A program made the translations under genes and the position numbers. Under the pieces are notes generated by a model, which saw only the letters and a program-made list of their open reading frames with translations, did no database searches and was not told the DNA's origin. Positions 1 through 9,406 of a DNA stretch of 34,326 bases are shown in pieces; the stretch's first letter is position 1; each line of letters opens with the position of its first letter. Origin of the DNA: an uncultured Candidatus Bathyarchaeia archaeon. Lineage in GTDB: Archaea; Thermoproteota; Bathyarchaeia; Bathyarchaeales; DTEX01. Location of the stretch: NCBI GenBank assembly GCA_964430035.1, contig CAYSEL010000077.1, positions 1-34,326 of the forward strand, read 5' to 3'.

Positions 1-65
1 AAGATTATATTTTTGGAGTCATCCCCTATTATTTAAGGGTAGTGAAAAATAGTAGCCATCATAGA

Positions 66-995
66 TTAAGCGATAACCTTGGCTAGTATGGCTTTTGCTG
101 TGTGAAGTCGATTTTCAGCTTGATCCCACACTATTGATCGAGGACCATCAATCACGTCGTCTGTGACTTCCTCATTTCTATGAGCGGGCAAGCAATGCAT
201 GAATAAGGCATTTTTGGATGCTTTTTCTAGGATTTTTGAAGTTACCTGATAAGTAGGCACGAAGGCTTTCATCCTTTCTTCTCTTTCAGCCTCGTCGCCC
301 ATCGATACAAAAGTGTCTGTATAGACGATGTTAGCACCTTTGACGGCTTCAAGAGGGTCTCTTACAACCTCAACAATGGATCCACTCTTCTCAGCATTCT
401 TTCGCGCCCATTCTAAGGCTTTCGAGTTAGGTTCAAAACTGATTGGGCAAGCCACAGATATATTCAAACCCATCTTACTGCATCCTATAAGAAGAGAGTT
501 GCAAACATTGTTTCCGTCGCCAATATAGGCAAGTTTTAACCCCTTCAGAGATCCATACTTTTCCCAGATCGTGTAGAGATCAGCTACAACTTGGCATGGA
601 TGGAACAAATCCGAAAGAGCGTTTACGACGGGAACGCTAGCGAACATTGCCATTTCTTCGAGGTCTGAGTGGCTATAGACCCTTGCAACCAAACCATCCA
701 CATATCTACTTAGGACACGTGAGGTATCGGCAATAGTCTCACCTCTGCCGAGCTGCGACTCACTCCATCCAAGATAGATGGTGTGTCCACCAAGATGGTT
801 AACCGCAACCTCGAATGAGACCCGTGTACGGGTTGAAGGTTTCTGAAATAGCAATGCTATGTTTTTTCCTTCAAGCCTTCTCACTTCTTCCTTCCCTATC
901 AGTTTATGCTTAAACCTATACGTTTCTTCTAAGAGGCCCCATATCTCTTTCTCAGAATACTCCTGCAATGTCAAGAAGTCACGTTTCTTCGCCAT
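66..995 (-). CDS. argF: ornithine carbamoyltransferase
   Basis: Carbamoyl-phosphate motif PSTRTRVSFE, FHPCQ, DGNNVCNS, SMGDE and FMHCLPA (the HCLP form is typical of OTCase, not ATCase). The track ORF runs to 1091. I place the start at ATG 995 (MAKKRDFLTLQEY), which gives a ~309-aa protein of normal length. Confidence 0.85.
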   Translation of the reverse strand: MAKKRDFLTLQEYSEKEIWGLLEETYRFKHKLIGKEEVRRLEGKNIALLFQKPSTRTRVSFEVAVNHLGGHTIYLGWSESQLGRGETIADTSRVLSRYVDGLVARVYSHSDLEEMAMFASVPVVNALSDLFHPCQVVADLYTIWEKYGSLKGLKLAYIGDGNNVCNSLLIGCSKMGLNISVACPISFEPNSKALEWARKNAEKSGSIVEVVRDPLEAVKGANIVYTDTFVSMGDEAEREERMKAFVPTYQVTSKILEKASKNALFMHCLPAHRNEEVTDDVIDGPRSIVWDQAENRLHTAKAILAKVIA

Positions 996-1101
996 GTTCA
1001 ATGAATCTACCTCGCTCAGAAGTTTTATGCTAGAATAATGAAGTTCACAGATATTTATGTTTGGCCAGAGTCGAGGCAGTCTACTTTTCATTGTTTAACT
1101 T

Positions 1102-3990
1102 TTACTCAATATATATTGCAGGTCTATAGGGTTTAGCTACGGATGCCCTTCCTTTGGGATCATGCTTCTCCGGCGATTCTTCATTATAAATTGAGATTTC
1201 AGCATTGAATTCTTTTTGCAGAAAGCTGGCAGCTTCAGCGAGCACTTTTTCCTCTTCTAATTTTTCAGCTTCTTTCTTTCTCTTCTTGATATTTTCTGGA
1301 GCTGAGTTGATCTCACCTATTATTTTGGAAACAAATTCGGATACTCTCTTGGCTTTCCCCTTTAACTCTGGATCTTTTAGGAGATCGCTGATGACATCTC
1401 GAATCTCAACTTTTTGTGCGATGGACTTCTCAATTATCTTGAGATAAACTTGCCATTTCCAATCCGCTGACACATAGTAGCAGATTCTTTTAGGTCTCAC
1501 CTCCGTCGCTTTAAGAATGCTGATGGTGTCCTCGATCAAGTCTTTGATTAAACTCTCTCCTTCCTCCACTTTGACGTCAACTCTTGAACTATCATATTTA
1601 GGCCATTCTGCAGTTGAGACAAATCTTTCCTTGCCAAGAAATTGCCAGAGTTCTTCGCTTAGATAAGGTGTAAATGGAGATAAGAGGCGAACCCATATGT
1701 CCGCGACTTCCCTTAAAACTTTGGGGTTAGGTTTCTCTGTCCGTCGAAGATACCAACGGACATCATTCCATATCTCGAAAAGAGCGACTTCGGCAGCTGT
1801 TCTAGTCTTTAACATTTCAATAGCCTTGGTAATGATGTCAATCCTTTTTTGAAGCGTTGAGAGTAACCACCGATCAACATTCTTGATCTTTTCTTCACCT
1901 GGAAGGTTAATTATTTCATTGACAAACTTGTATAGGGCTCTGAGTTTTCCATCTATGCTTCTCGCGTTCTCATCTCGCCAATCCGGGTCATCCATGTCTT
2001 CAGCTCCCAAGATTAGAGTTAGCCTTGTCACGTCCGCTCCGAAACGGTCGATTGCGTTCTTCAAGGTTATAAAGTTGCCCTTAGACTTTGACATCTTATC
2101 CCCCTCAATCGTTAAGACACCGTTAACCCCTATCCCTCTTGGCCAATGCTTTCTCGGGAACAAGGCGACATGTTGGAAGATGAAGAACGAAAGATGGTTT
2201 GGAACGAGCTCCTTGGCTGAGACCCTTAAATCAACAGGGTACCAGTATTCAAATTCTTCCCTCATATCCACCAAAACTTCACGGCTTAACCCTGACTCCG
2301 CTGCAACCTTTTCTAGATCTCCATCTCCGTAGAAGATGTAGTCGAAGACTTCATTTTTTAGCTGTTCAGCTCTAATGCCGTTTTGGCGGATGTGCTTCAC
2401 AATTGTGTAAAAAGCCATATAGATGGTGGAATCGCTTAGAGTCTCAACAATCCATTCTGGGCTCCACGGGAGGGGTGTGCCTAAACCTGTTCTCCGTGCA
2501 CATGCCCAGTCTCGTAGCCAATCGATTTTGTCATGGAAATAAACCCTTGCATCTTCAGGGTAAATTTTAGCTTTCTCAATTGCTTCATGAGCTAGTTTCT
2601 TCCATTCTGGATCCGAATACCGTAAGAACCATTGATCTGAAAGAACCTTTACGATGCAAGGGGTGGTGCATCGGCATATAACCTTATCGGGCAAGTCGTA
2701 CATTATGTCAGCAATATTGGCCCTCTTAAAGTCTTCTATGAGTTCAGCTTTCACTTCTTGAACTCGTCTGCCTGCATATCTGCCCGTAATGGACTTTAGA
2801 ATGCCGGTGTGAAACTCCTTCCTGTATATGATTGATGTTGCCTCATCGACCTTCGGATCAAATTGATCCTTTATACCCATCTCCTCAACAATCTCAACGC
2901 CCGGATAGTCTCCAAACCCTTCTATGCTGATAAGTGATATTGGTTTAATCGACTTTACAACTTCAGGATCGATACCGAACCTATCTAACTGTTCAGGCTT
3001 GGCAATCAAGTCCTTTAAGGCAATCCAGTCAGCTGGCGCATGAGCGGGAACACTATAGACGATGCCTGTTGCCGAGTTCGGATCCACAAACCATCCAGGC
3101 AGTATTGGAAGCTTTCGTTGAGTGATAGGATCTTCAAAATACTTTCCAATCAATTCTGCGCCTTTAAACTCACGTATTATCTCAACCTTCTTTAACTGTT
3201 CAGAGAGTTTCACGGAGGCTTCTCTACTGATAATCCATTTCTCACCGTCAACCTTTGCTTCAAAATATGTTGCGTCAGGATTAATGAACATGTTTGTGAC
3301 GCCATAAATGGTTTCGGGTCTAAAGGTTGCTGCTGGCAGATAAGCATCATCAAACCTAAACTTCAATAAAGTATACTCTTCAGGCGAGACGCCTTCGCCT
3401 TCAAGACGATCATGGTCTCCAGTTGGACTTTCACAGTTTGGACACCAGACAACTGGATGTGTTCCTCTGGTCACGAAGTCTTTCTTGCGAAGCGTCTCAT
3501 ATTGCCATTTGATAAAACTACTATAAGTTGGCTCAAGTGAGGTTGTATGGAACTCTCTTCTCCAATCTATTGAGAAACCAATTCTTTTAACCGCTTCCCT
3601 GCTTTCACGTGTATAATACTCAGCCATATAAACTGGGTCAACAAACCTTTTCAAATCTTCTTCTTTAACGCCGTCTATTTCCCTGAGCGCTTTTATCAAT
3701 TCTTTATCGCCCTTCTGCACACGTAGTGCTGCACCTACAATCGGCTCCCCTGTCCAATGCCAAGCCCATGGCCAAAGGGTATTAAAGCCTCTCATTCGCA
3801 TGAAACGTGCATAAACATCGACACGTGTTGCGGTGAAGCCGTGTCCTATGTGAAGTGGCCCGTTCATGTAAGGATATGGAAAAGTTATGAAACATTTCTT
3901 CCGTTCAGGATCAGGATCCGCCTCAAATATCCTTGCTTTCTCCCACTCAGACCTCCATTTCTCTTCGATCTCTCTCCATTTGAACGACAT
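1102..3990 (-). CDS. leuS: leucyl-tRNA synthetase (archaeal type)
   Basis: Class I motifs PLHIGHGFT (HIGH) and DKMSKSKGN (KMSKS). The ~960-aa length and CP1 editing insertion are typical of archaeal LeuRS. Start moved to ATG 3990 (MSFKWREIEEKW) so it does not overlap the alaS stop at 3995-3997. Confidence 0.9.
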   Translation of the reverse strand: MSFKWREIEEKWRSEWEKARIFEADPDPERKKCFITFPYPYMNGPLHIGHGFTATRVDVYARFMRMRGFNTLWPWAWHWTGEPIVGAALRVQKGDKELIKALREIDGVKEEDLKRFVDPVYMAEYYTRESREAVKRIGFSIDWRREFHTTSLEPTYSSFIKWQYETLRKKDFVTRGTHPVVWCPNCESPTGDHDRLEGEGVSPEEYTLLKFRFDDAYLPAATFRPETIYGVTNMFINPDATYFEAKVDGEKWIISREASVKLSEQLKKVEIIREFKGAELIGKYFEDPITQRKLPILPGWFVDPNSATGIVYSVPAHAPADWIALKDLIAKPEQLDRFGIDPEVVKSIKPISLISIEGFGDYPGVEIVEEMGIKDQFDPKVDEATSIIYRKEFHTGILKSITGRYAGRRVQEVKAELIEDFKRANIADIMYDLPDKVICRCTTPCIVKVLSDQWFLRYSDPEWKKLAHEAIEKAKIYPEDARVYFHDKIDWLRDWACARRTGLGTPLPWSPEWIVETLSDSTIYMAFYTIVKHIRQNGIRAEQLKNEVFDYIFYGDGDLEKVAAESGLSREVLVDMREEFEYWYPVDLRVSAKELVPNHLSFFIFQHVALFPRKHWPRGIGVNGVLTIEGDKMSKSKGNFITLKNAIDRFGADVTRLTLILGAEDMDDPDWRDENARSIDGKLRALYKFVNEIINLPGEEKIKNVDRWLLSTLQKRIDIITKAIEMLKTRTAAEVALFEIWNDVRWYLRRTEKPNPKVLREVADIWVRLLSPFTPYLSEELWQFLGKERFVSTAEWPKYDSSRVDVKVEEGESLIKDLIEDTISILKATEVRPKRICYYVSADWKWQVYLKIIEKSIAQKVEIRDVISDLLKDPELKGKAKRVSEFVSKIIGEINSAPENIKKRKKEAEKLEEEKVLAEAASFLQKEFNAEISIYNEESPEKHDPKGRASVAKPYRPAIYIE

Positions 3991-3994
3991 AAAA

Positions 3995-6772
3995 TTACAC
4001 TCCAATCTTTCTCTTAATAACCATTTTCGCCCTTTCTAAGGCTTTAGGCAACCCATCAACGTTTGTCCCTCCGCCTTGAGCAAATTCTGGCCTTCCACTT
4101 CCGCCGCCTCCTATCTCAATGGATGCTTCCTTAGCAATTTCACGGGCGTCAATGCCTAATCTTCGAGCTTCCTCTCCAACCATAGCGACGAGGCGTGCAT
4201 CTTTGTTTCTTGAAACAAGGATAACAACGGTCTTCGGATCCAACTTAACTATTACATCAGAGATTTTTATTAGTAAGTCAACTTTAGCATCTTTTGCGCC
4301 CATTATTCCAGATACAATTTTCAATCCAGAGAATACTTCAGCTGTTGAAAGAAACTTCTCAGCTAAATTTTTAGCAAGACTTTCTATGAGGTGTTCCTTT
4401 TCCCGGCGCAGTTCACGCCACTCTGAAATCGTTCGTTCAAGAGTCTTAGCAATCTTCTCTCTCGGCACTTCAAGGAGCTGAGAAACTTTTGAGATTTCAG
4501 CTTCTATCTCCTGTACGGCTTTAACCGCAGATATGCCGGCGCTGAAGATTATTCGTTCTACCCCGTCCTGTATTCTTTCTGTGCGGATAATCTTAATCAG
4601 ACCAACTTCGCCGGTGGTTTTGCAATGAGTTCCTCCACAAGCCTCAACCTCCCAGTCCCCAGTCTTCACAACCCTTATTTCACGGCCCGGAACAACTCCC
4701 CCCTGATAAAGTCTGAAGCCGTAAAGTCTTTCAGCCTCCTCTCTTGGAAGCCAGAAAACCTCAACAGGCATGTTTCTCATAACGACCTCGTTGGCTAACA
4801 TCTCGATTCTATTGATTTCGCTAGCAGTCAGCCTTTTAGGATGTGAGATGTCGAGACGGCTCTTTTCCACATCCTTTTGGGCTCCTGATTGCCAAACGTG
4901 CCCGCCAAGTATCCGCCTTGCGGCACCCATAATTATATGAGTAGCAGTATGATTTCTCATGAGGTTGGATCGACGTTCCCAATCGATTATGCCCTTCACT
5001 TCTTCACCTTCGTTTGGAAGGTCATCTTCCAAGAAGTGGATTATCACGGTCCCTGCCTTCTGAACATCTAGAACGCGGGACCGCTTCCCATGAAATTCTA
5101 GGTAGCCATGATCCGCCGGTTGACCGCCTCCTTCAGGATAGAACGCTGTCTTATCCAATGCCACGGCCCTATTGTAGACACGCAAAACTCTAGCTTCAAA
5201 CTCTGAGATGTAAGCGTCCTCATAGTAAAGCTTCTGTGTTTCAGCTATGCCTGAAAATACTTTCTCTAAGTCTTCTACAACCTTTGTTGTAGTGGCCTCC
5301 GACCGTTTAGGGTTCTCCACATGCCTTTGAGCAACATAGCTATAGAAATTGTCCGGCACATTTACTTTTACTCCTTCAGCCTCAGCCATCTCAACGATTA
5401 ATTCAGGTGTGAGACCGTGAGAGTCGTAGAGTTCAATTGTCTTTTTCAAAGGGATTTCGCTGGATCCACTCGTCTTCAGTTCATTGACAACTCTCTTAAT
5501 TAGATTCTTGCCTCTCTCAATCGTCTGTTCGTATTTTTCACTCTCAACAGCAAGCATCTCGAATATCTCGTTTCGCATCTCTTCAAGGTGCGGAAAATCT
5601 CTAGACCAACGAGATATCTGCATATCAATTATCTCGGGCATCATCTTCTCAATCGATAGGTTTTTCAGGAGCCTATATGTCCTCCTAATCATGAGCCTTG
5701 CGAGATAACCTTCTTGAACGTTCGAGGGGACAACTCCCTCAGCAAGAAGAAAAGTTAAACATTTGGTATGGTCTGCCACTGCGAAGACATTAATAATTGG
5801 GTCTATCGTGCGAGCAATTTCCTCCTCATCCAAACCTATCTTGGCGGATATTTTCTTCCAATTCTCAATTCGGCTGGATGTCTTGCCAGTTTCGATGATT
5901 CCAGAGATCTTCGAAATACTTGCCAAAAGTTTTTTATCTGGGGCTTCTATTCCAGCCATCTTCATTATTTTGTCTATGAGGTTGCCGTAGACGGCTTCGA
6001 ACCCGCTTATACAACCTTTCGAGAGCCAAGTAAACCTCTCCATGCCGTAGCCTGTGTCGACAGTTCGGATTGGCAACTCGACAAACTCGCCGTTGATAAC
6101 TTTGTACCTCATGAATACTAATGTTGCAACCTCTAAGCCTTGTATGATGCTCTCGAGGTCTGGACCGGCATTTCCTCCTCCGGACCATATTCCTTCCTTA
6201 TAGATGACCTCCTCAGATTTTATGCCTAACTCTTTAGTGACAAATTCATGATGCAGCTTTACGGTCTCATCTTTCCAATAGATTTCCTTGTTGGGATAGT
6301 TGAAGGCATGGTGTCCGCCCATCTCGAAGACTGTGAGGTGACGTCCAAAGGTGAGTCCAACACTTTCAACATCTGGAAATCTAAGGCATGGCTGGCTTAT
6401 CACCAGTGGGTTGGCTGGAGGTGGGATCATCCCTTCCGTGACATAGGGTTGGAAGTCGACTATGCTGGCGTTTGTAAAGTAGAGATCATCCCTCCAGCGT
6501 GCAACAACCGGGTAGGGCTTAATTCTCTTATGTCCCCTCTTTTCGAAGAAGGACAGGAAAGTCTCACGCATTTGCTCGAGACTATAAGGCTTTCGTGTCG
6601 GCGGGTTTCTGATGAATGAGTATTCTGCACAGCCATGAACCGAGGATTCGCCACATAATTTTTGGTCAATATTCTGTGTCCAAAAATTTTCTCCGCATTT
6701 AGGGCATAGTTTTCTTACGTAGCCATACTCTTCAAAGAATGGAAGGCGATATTCCGACTCTGGGAAATGCAT
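3995..6772 (-). CDS. alaS: alanyl-tRNA synthetase
   Basis: 925 aa. Archaeal AlaRS N-terminus with a CPKCG zinc motif. Editing-domain HTATHI and GGTHC motifs, and a C-terminal DHHA1-like GGGGSG. Confidence 0.9.
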   Translation of the reverse strand: MHFPESEYRLPFFEEYGYVRKLCPKCGENFWTQNIDQKLCGESSVHGCAEYSFIRNPPTRKPYSLEQMRETFLSFFEKRGHKRIKPYPVVARWRDDLYFTNASIVDFQPYVTEGMIPPPANPLVISQPCLRFPDVESVGLTFGRHLTVFEMGGHHAFNYPNKEIYWKDETVKLHHEFVTKELGIKSEEVIYKEGIWSGGGNAGPDLESIIQGLEVATLVFMRYKVINGEFVELPIRTVDTGYGMERFTWLSKGCISGFEAVYGNLIDKIMKMAGIEAPDKKLLASISKISGIIETGKTSSRIENWKKISAKIGLDEEEIARTIDPIINVFAVADHTKCLTFLLAEGVVPSNVQEGYLARLMIRRTYRLLKNLSIEKMMPEIIDMQISRWSRDFPHLEEMRNEIFEMLAVESEKYEQTIERGKNLIKRVVNELKTSGSSEIPLKKTIELYDSHGLTPELIVEMAEAEGVKVNVPDNFYSYVAQRHVENPKRSEATTTKVVEDLEKVFSGIAETQKLYYEDAYISEFEARVLRVYNRAVALDKTAFYPEGGGQPADHGYLEFHGKRSRVLDVQKAGTVIIHFLEDDLPNEGEEVKGIIDWERRSNLMRNHTATHIIMGAARRILGGHVWQSGAQKDVEKSRLDISHPKRLTASEINRIEMLANEVVMRNMPVEVFWLPREEAERLYGFRLYQGGVVPGREIRVVKTGDWEVEACGGTHCKTTGEVGLIKIIRTERIQDGVERIIFSAGISAVKAVQEIEAEISKVSQLLEVPREKIAKTLERTISEWRELRREKEHLIESLAKNLAEKFLSTAEVFSGLKIVSGIMGAKDAKVDLLIKISDVIVKLDPKTVVILVSRNKDARLVAMVGEEARRLGIDAREIAKEASIEIGGGGSGRPEFAQGGGTNVDGLPKALERAKMVIKRKIGV

Positions 6773-6982
6773 TCTTATCCATCTCTGAGAATATCCAATG
6801 CACCTACAAGTAAGGATATCACAAATTTAAATATATTCGGATAAGGATTAAAATGCGTATTTTTAGCTTAAATCATGCATGATCTTGTTGCATTTTATCG
6901 GAGGATTCAAAGGTTAATGCGGAAAATGCAGACACGAAAACCTAGACAGTTAGAGGAATTGAATTTTTGAAAGTTTCCCTAT

Positions 6983-7294
6983 CTAGCCGAAAAGCGCTCC
7001 AAGCCCTTCTAATGCTTCTTCCTCTTTCTTTTCTTCTTTCTTCTCTTCCTTAGGCTTCTCTTCAGCTGCAGGTGCGGATGGTACAACTGAAGGCGTTATA
7101 GCTGCTGCAGGCATGAAGAAAGGTGCGGACTTGATTGCCTCTTCAATATTTACTTCTGATATTGCTGCAATTAAGGCTTTGACTCTGGACTGGTCAACAT
7201 TGACTCCGGCTGCTTGGAGAACTTTTGTGATGTTCTCTTCATCAATAGGCTTTCCAGCTTTATGTAGAAGCATAGCCGCGTAAACGTACTCCAT
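6983..7294 (-). CDS. rpl12: 50S ribosomal stalk protein P1 (L12e)
   Basis: [12 protein letters not shown]-terminal dimerisation domain, Ala/Pro hinge, and the [21 protein letters not shown] acidic/hydrophobic tail typical of archaeal P1. Confidence 0.9.
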   Translation of the reverse strand: MEYVYAAMLLHKAGKPIDEENITKVLQAAGVNVDQSRVKALIAAISEVNIEEAIKSAPFFMPAAAITPSVVPSAPAAEEKPKEEKKEEKKEEEALEGLGALFG

Positions 7295-7461
7295 ATCTCA
7301 ATCACCAAACCATGTAATACTCAAACTTTCGAACATAGAGAATCTTATACTTAAATCTGTCGGAAAATTGGATGGAAAGCACGCTTAGGAAAGAACCTCT
7401 AAATTTGCACTGAGGTTATTAACGCTGAAAATGTGAAATGAAACCACCGAATGTGATACTC

Positions 7462-7468
7462 TTATATA
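7462..7468 (+). promoter_or_regulatory. candidate TATA box for the secE-spt5-L11-L1-P0 operon
   Basis: TTATATA lies ~50 nt upstream of the secE TTG, in the divergent intergenic region shared with the P1 gene. Assigned by position and sequence only. Confidence 0.3.
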
Positions 7469-7517
7469 GAGGACACTCCTTTTTTTGTCTAAGAATTGAA
7501 AAAGAGATGAGTCGAGT

Positions 7518-7697
7518 TTGGGCCTAGGGTCCTTTATAAGGTCATGTTTAAGGTTGCTTCACCTCGCAAAAAAGCCTAGCAAAAGTGAACTCTGGCAAAC
7601 TGTCAAGGTATGCGCTTTAGGTATAGTGACGATAGGCGCTTTAGGCTACATTATCAAGCTTCTCGCATCTTTTATAACAGGCAGCATCCCAGGATAG
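7518..7697 (+). CDS. secE: preprotein translocase subunit SecE (Sec61 gamma)
   Basis: Hand-translated; not in the ORF track because it is 59 aa with a TTG start. Sequence: MGLGSFIRSCLRLLHLAKKPSKSELWQTVKVCALGIVTIGALGYIIKLLASFITGSIPG*. It shows the KKP(S/T)KxE motif followed by a single TM helix, as in archaeal SecE (compare M. jannaschii RVWLVLKKPTKDEYLAVAKVTALGISLLGIIGYII, quoted from memory). It sits in the canonical position immediately upstream of spt5. Confidence 0.8.
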   Translation: MGLGSFIRSCLRLLHLAKKPSKSELWQTVKVCALGIVTIGALGYIIKLLASFITGSIPG

Positions 7698-7708
7698 GTG
7701 GTTGTGGA

Positions 7709-8185
7709 ATGAATGTAAAAGTTTCCGGCACGATGATCTACGCTGTGCGGACAACCGTAGGGCAGGAGAGAAACGTGGCTAACCTCGTAGCTAGTAGAGT
7801 GGAAGCGAACAAGATACCGATTAAAGCGATACTAGTACCTGAAACTTTGAAAGGATATATCTTCATCGAGGCGGAAGGACCGCACATCGTCGAAGAAGCT
7901 GTTTCAGGAGTAAAACATGTAAGATCAAGGGTTCCCGGAATCGTGTCTCTCTTGGATGTCGAGAAATATGTCGTTGTTAGACCAGTTATCGATGAACTTA
8001 GCATCAACGATGTTGTAGAGGTAACAGGTGGACCTTTCAAAGGAATGAAGGCAAAGATAACCTCCATAGACAGAGCAAAGGAGGAGGTAACCATAGAATT
8101 GTTAGAGGCCACTTTCACGCTGCCCATAACTGTTCACGCTGACTACGTGAAAATCACTGAAAAGGCGAGCAAAGAAGAAAAGTGA
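7709..8185 (+). CDS. spt5: transcription elongation factor Spt5 (NusG)
   Basis: NGN domain (IYAVRTTVGQERNVA) and KOW motif (VEVTGGPFKGMKAKITSID). The track ORF begins at 7610, but its first 33 codons overlap secE in another frame. ATG 7709 follows an AGGTGG SD at 7696-7701. ATG 7733 is an alternative start. Confidence 0.85.
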   Translation: MNVKVSGTMIYAVRTTVGQERNVANLVASRVEANKIPIKAILVPETLKGYIFIEAEGPHIVEEAVSGVKHVRSRVPGIVSLLDVEKYVVVRPVIDELSINDVVEVTGGPFKGMKAKITSIDRAKEEVTIELLEATFTLPITVHADYVKITEKASKEEK

Positions 8186-8198
8186 GTGGTGAGTGTGG

Positions 8199-8690
8199 AT
8201 GCCCGAAAAAAAAGTTATTGAAGCCCTTGTCAGCGGCGGACAAGCTACAGCAGGCCCTCCTCTTGGACCAGCGTTAGGTCCTTTAGGCGTAAATGTCCTC
8301 TCTATTGTCAACAAAATAAATGAGAAGACTAAGGAGTATGCTGGCATGAAGGTGCCAGTGAAAATAATTGTTGATGTCGAAACGAAAGAGTTTGAAGTAA
8401 CCGTAGGTATACCGACAACCGCCGCTCTCATTGTAAAAGAAGCTGGAATCCAGAAGGGTTCTGGAAAACCGAATTCTGAGAAAGTGGGTAACCTATCGTT
8501 TCAACAAGTGCTCAAAATAGCCAAGATTAAAAAGCCTTCCTTACTCGCTGGAGACTTAAAGGCGGCTCTAAAGGAGATAGTAGGAACTTGTGTGAGTATG
8601 GGCATGACAATTGACCAGAAGAATCCCAAAACTATTCTTCAAGAAGTCGACCAGGGAAGATATGATGAGATGTTGGCAAAAGAAGATTAA
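8199..8690 (+). CDS. rpl11: 50S ribosomal protein L11
   Basis: GGQATAGPPLGPALGPLGVN motif. ATG 8199 is preceded by GGTGA at 8188-8192. The track begins at GTG 8193. Confidence 0.9.
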   Translation: MPEKKVIEALVSGGQATAGPPLGPALGPLGVNVLSIVNKINEKTKEYAGMKVPVKIIVDVETKEFEVTVGIPTTAALIVKEAGIQKGSGKPNSEKVGNLSFQQVLKIAKIKKPSLLAGDLKAALKEIVGTCVSMGMTIDQKNPKTILQEVDQGRYDEMLAKED

Positions 8691-8744
8691 AAGGTAATGT
8701 TTTTATTACTGGCTTTCGATTTCTTTCGACTTAGGGCGTAAGAA

Positions 8745-9395
8745 ATGTCAGTAGAGACAAAAAACATCAAAGCAGCACTCAAAGAGATGAGGGAGAAATG
8801 CTTGAAAAGAAACTTTGACCAAGCAGTAGAGCTGATTATCAACCTAAGTGACTTAGATATGAAAAAACCAGAGGGAAGGATACAGGAGACCCTTGAGCTA
8901 CCTCGACCCCTCGGCAAGAAGATTAAGGTAGGTGTTTTTGCAAGCGGGGATATGGCTCTGAGGGCGAGGAGAGCTGGCGCAGACATTGTTCTTGAAGGTC
9001 CAGATATAGAAAGTTTAGCTAACAATAAAAAGAGACAAAGAAAGATAGCGAAGGAAATAGATTCTTTCATCGCTGCCGCTCCGCTCATGCCACTTGTAGG
9101 TCGGACTTTCGGTGCCATACTTGGTCCGCGGAATAAGATGCCTACGCCTATCCTTCCAACAGCTAACATTGAAGAAGAGATTGAAAAGCATAAGAAAATT
9201 ATACAGGTCAGAGCGCGTGGTCAACCAGTTATTCAATGTAGAGTTGGTGTTGAAAGCATGTCTGACGATGACATAGCTGAGAACATACAGGCGGTGATAA
9301 ACAAGGTAAAAGGAAAATTGAAGAGGGGGCTTAAAGATATCAGAACGATCTATGTAAAAACAACAATGGGTCCTGCCGTACCAGTAAAAATTTAG
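8745..9395 (+). CDS. rpl1: 50S ribosomal protein L1
   Basis: 216 aa, follows L11, and carries typical L1 segments (FDQAVELIINL, GPRNKMPTP, VKTTMGP). Confidence 0.9.
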   Translation: MSVETKNIKAALKEMREKCLKRNFDQAVELIINLSDLDMKKPEGRIQETLELPRPLGKKIKVGVFASGDMALRARRAGADIVLEGPDIESLANNKKRQRKIAKEIDSFIAAAPLMPLVGRTFGAILGPRNKMPTPILPTANIEEEIEKHKKIIQVRARGQPVIQCRVGVESMSDDDIAENIQAVINKVKGKLKRGLKDIRTIYVKTTMGPAVPVKI

Positions 9396-9406
9396 GGGAA
9401 TATAAA

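Noticed and set aside
1205-6669. Many 60-150-aa ORFs on the opposite strand or in other frames of leuS and alaS (e.g. 1205-1447, 1883-2332, 4119-4481, 5768-6121, 6248-6619)
   Set aside because: They are shadow ORFs inside long, clearly homologous synthetase genes. Their translations are low-complexity (Ser/Leu/Phe/Ile-rich) with no recognisable motifs.
7610-7708. N-terminal 33 codons of the listed 191-aa Spt5 ORF (MRFRYSDDRRFRLHYQ...)
   Set aside because: This stretch overlaps the SecE coding frame out of frame, has no Spt5-like sequence, and a good SD precedes ATG 7709. It is treated as an ORF-caller extension.
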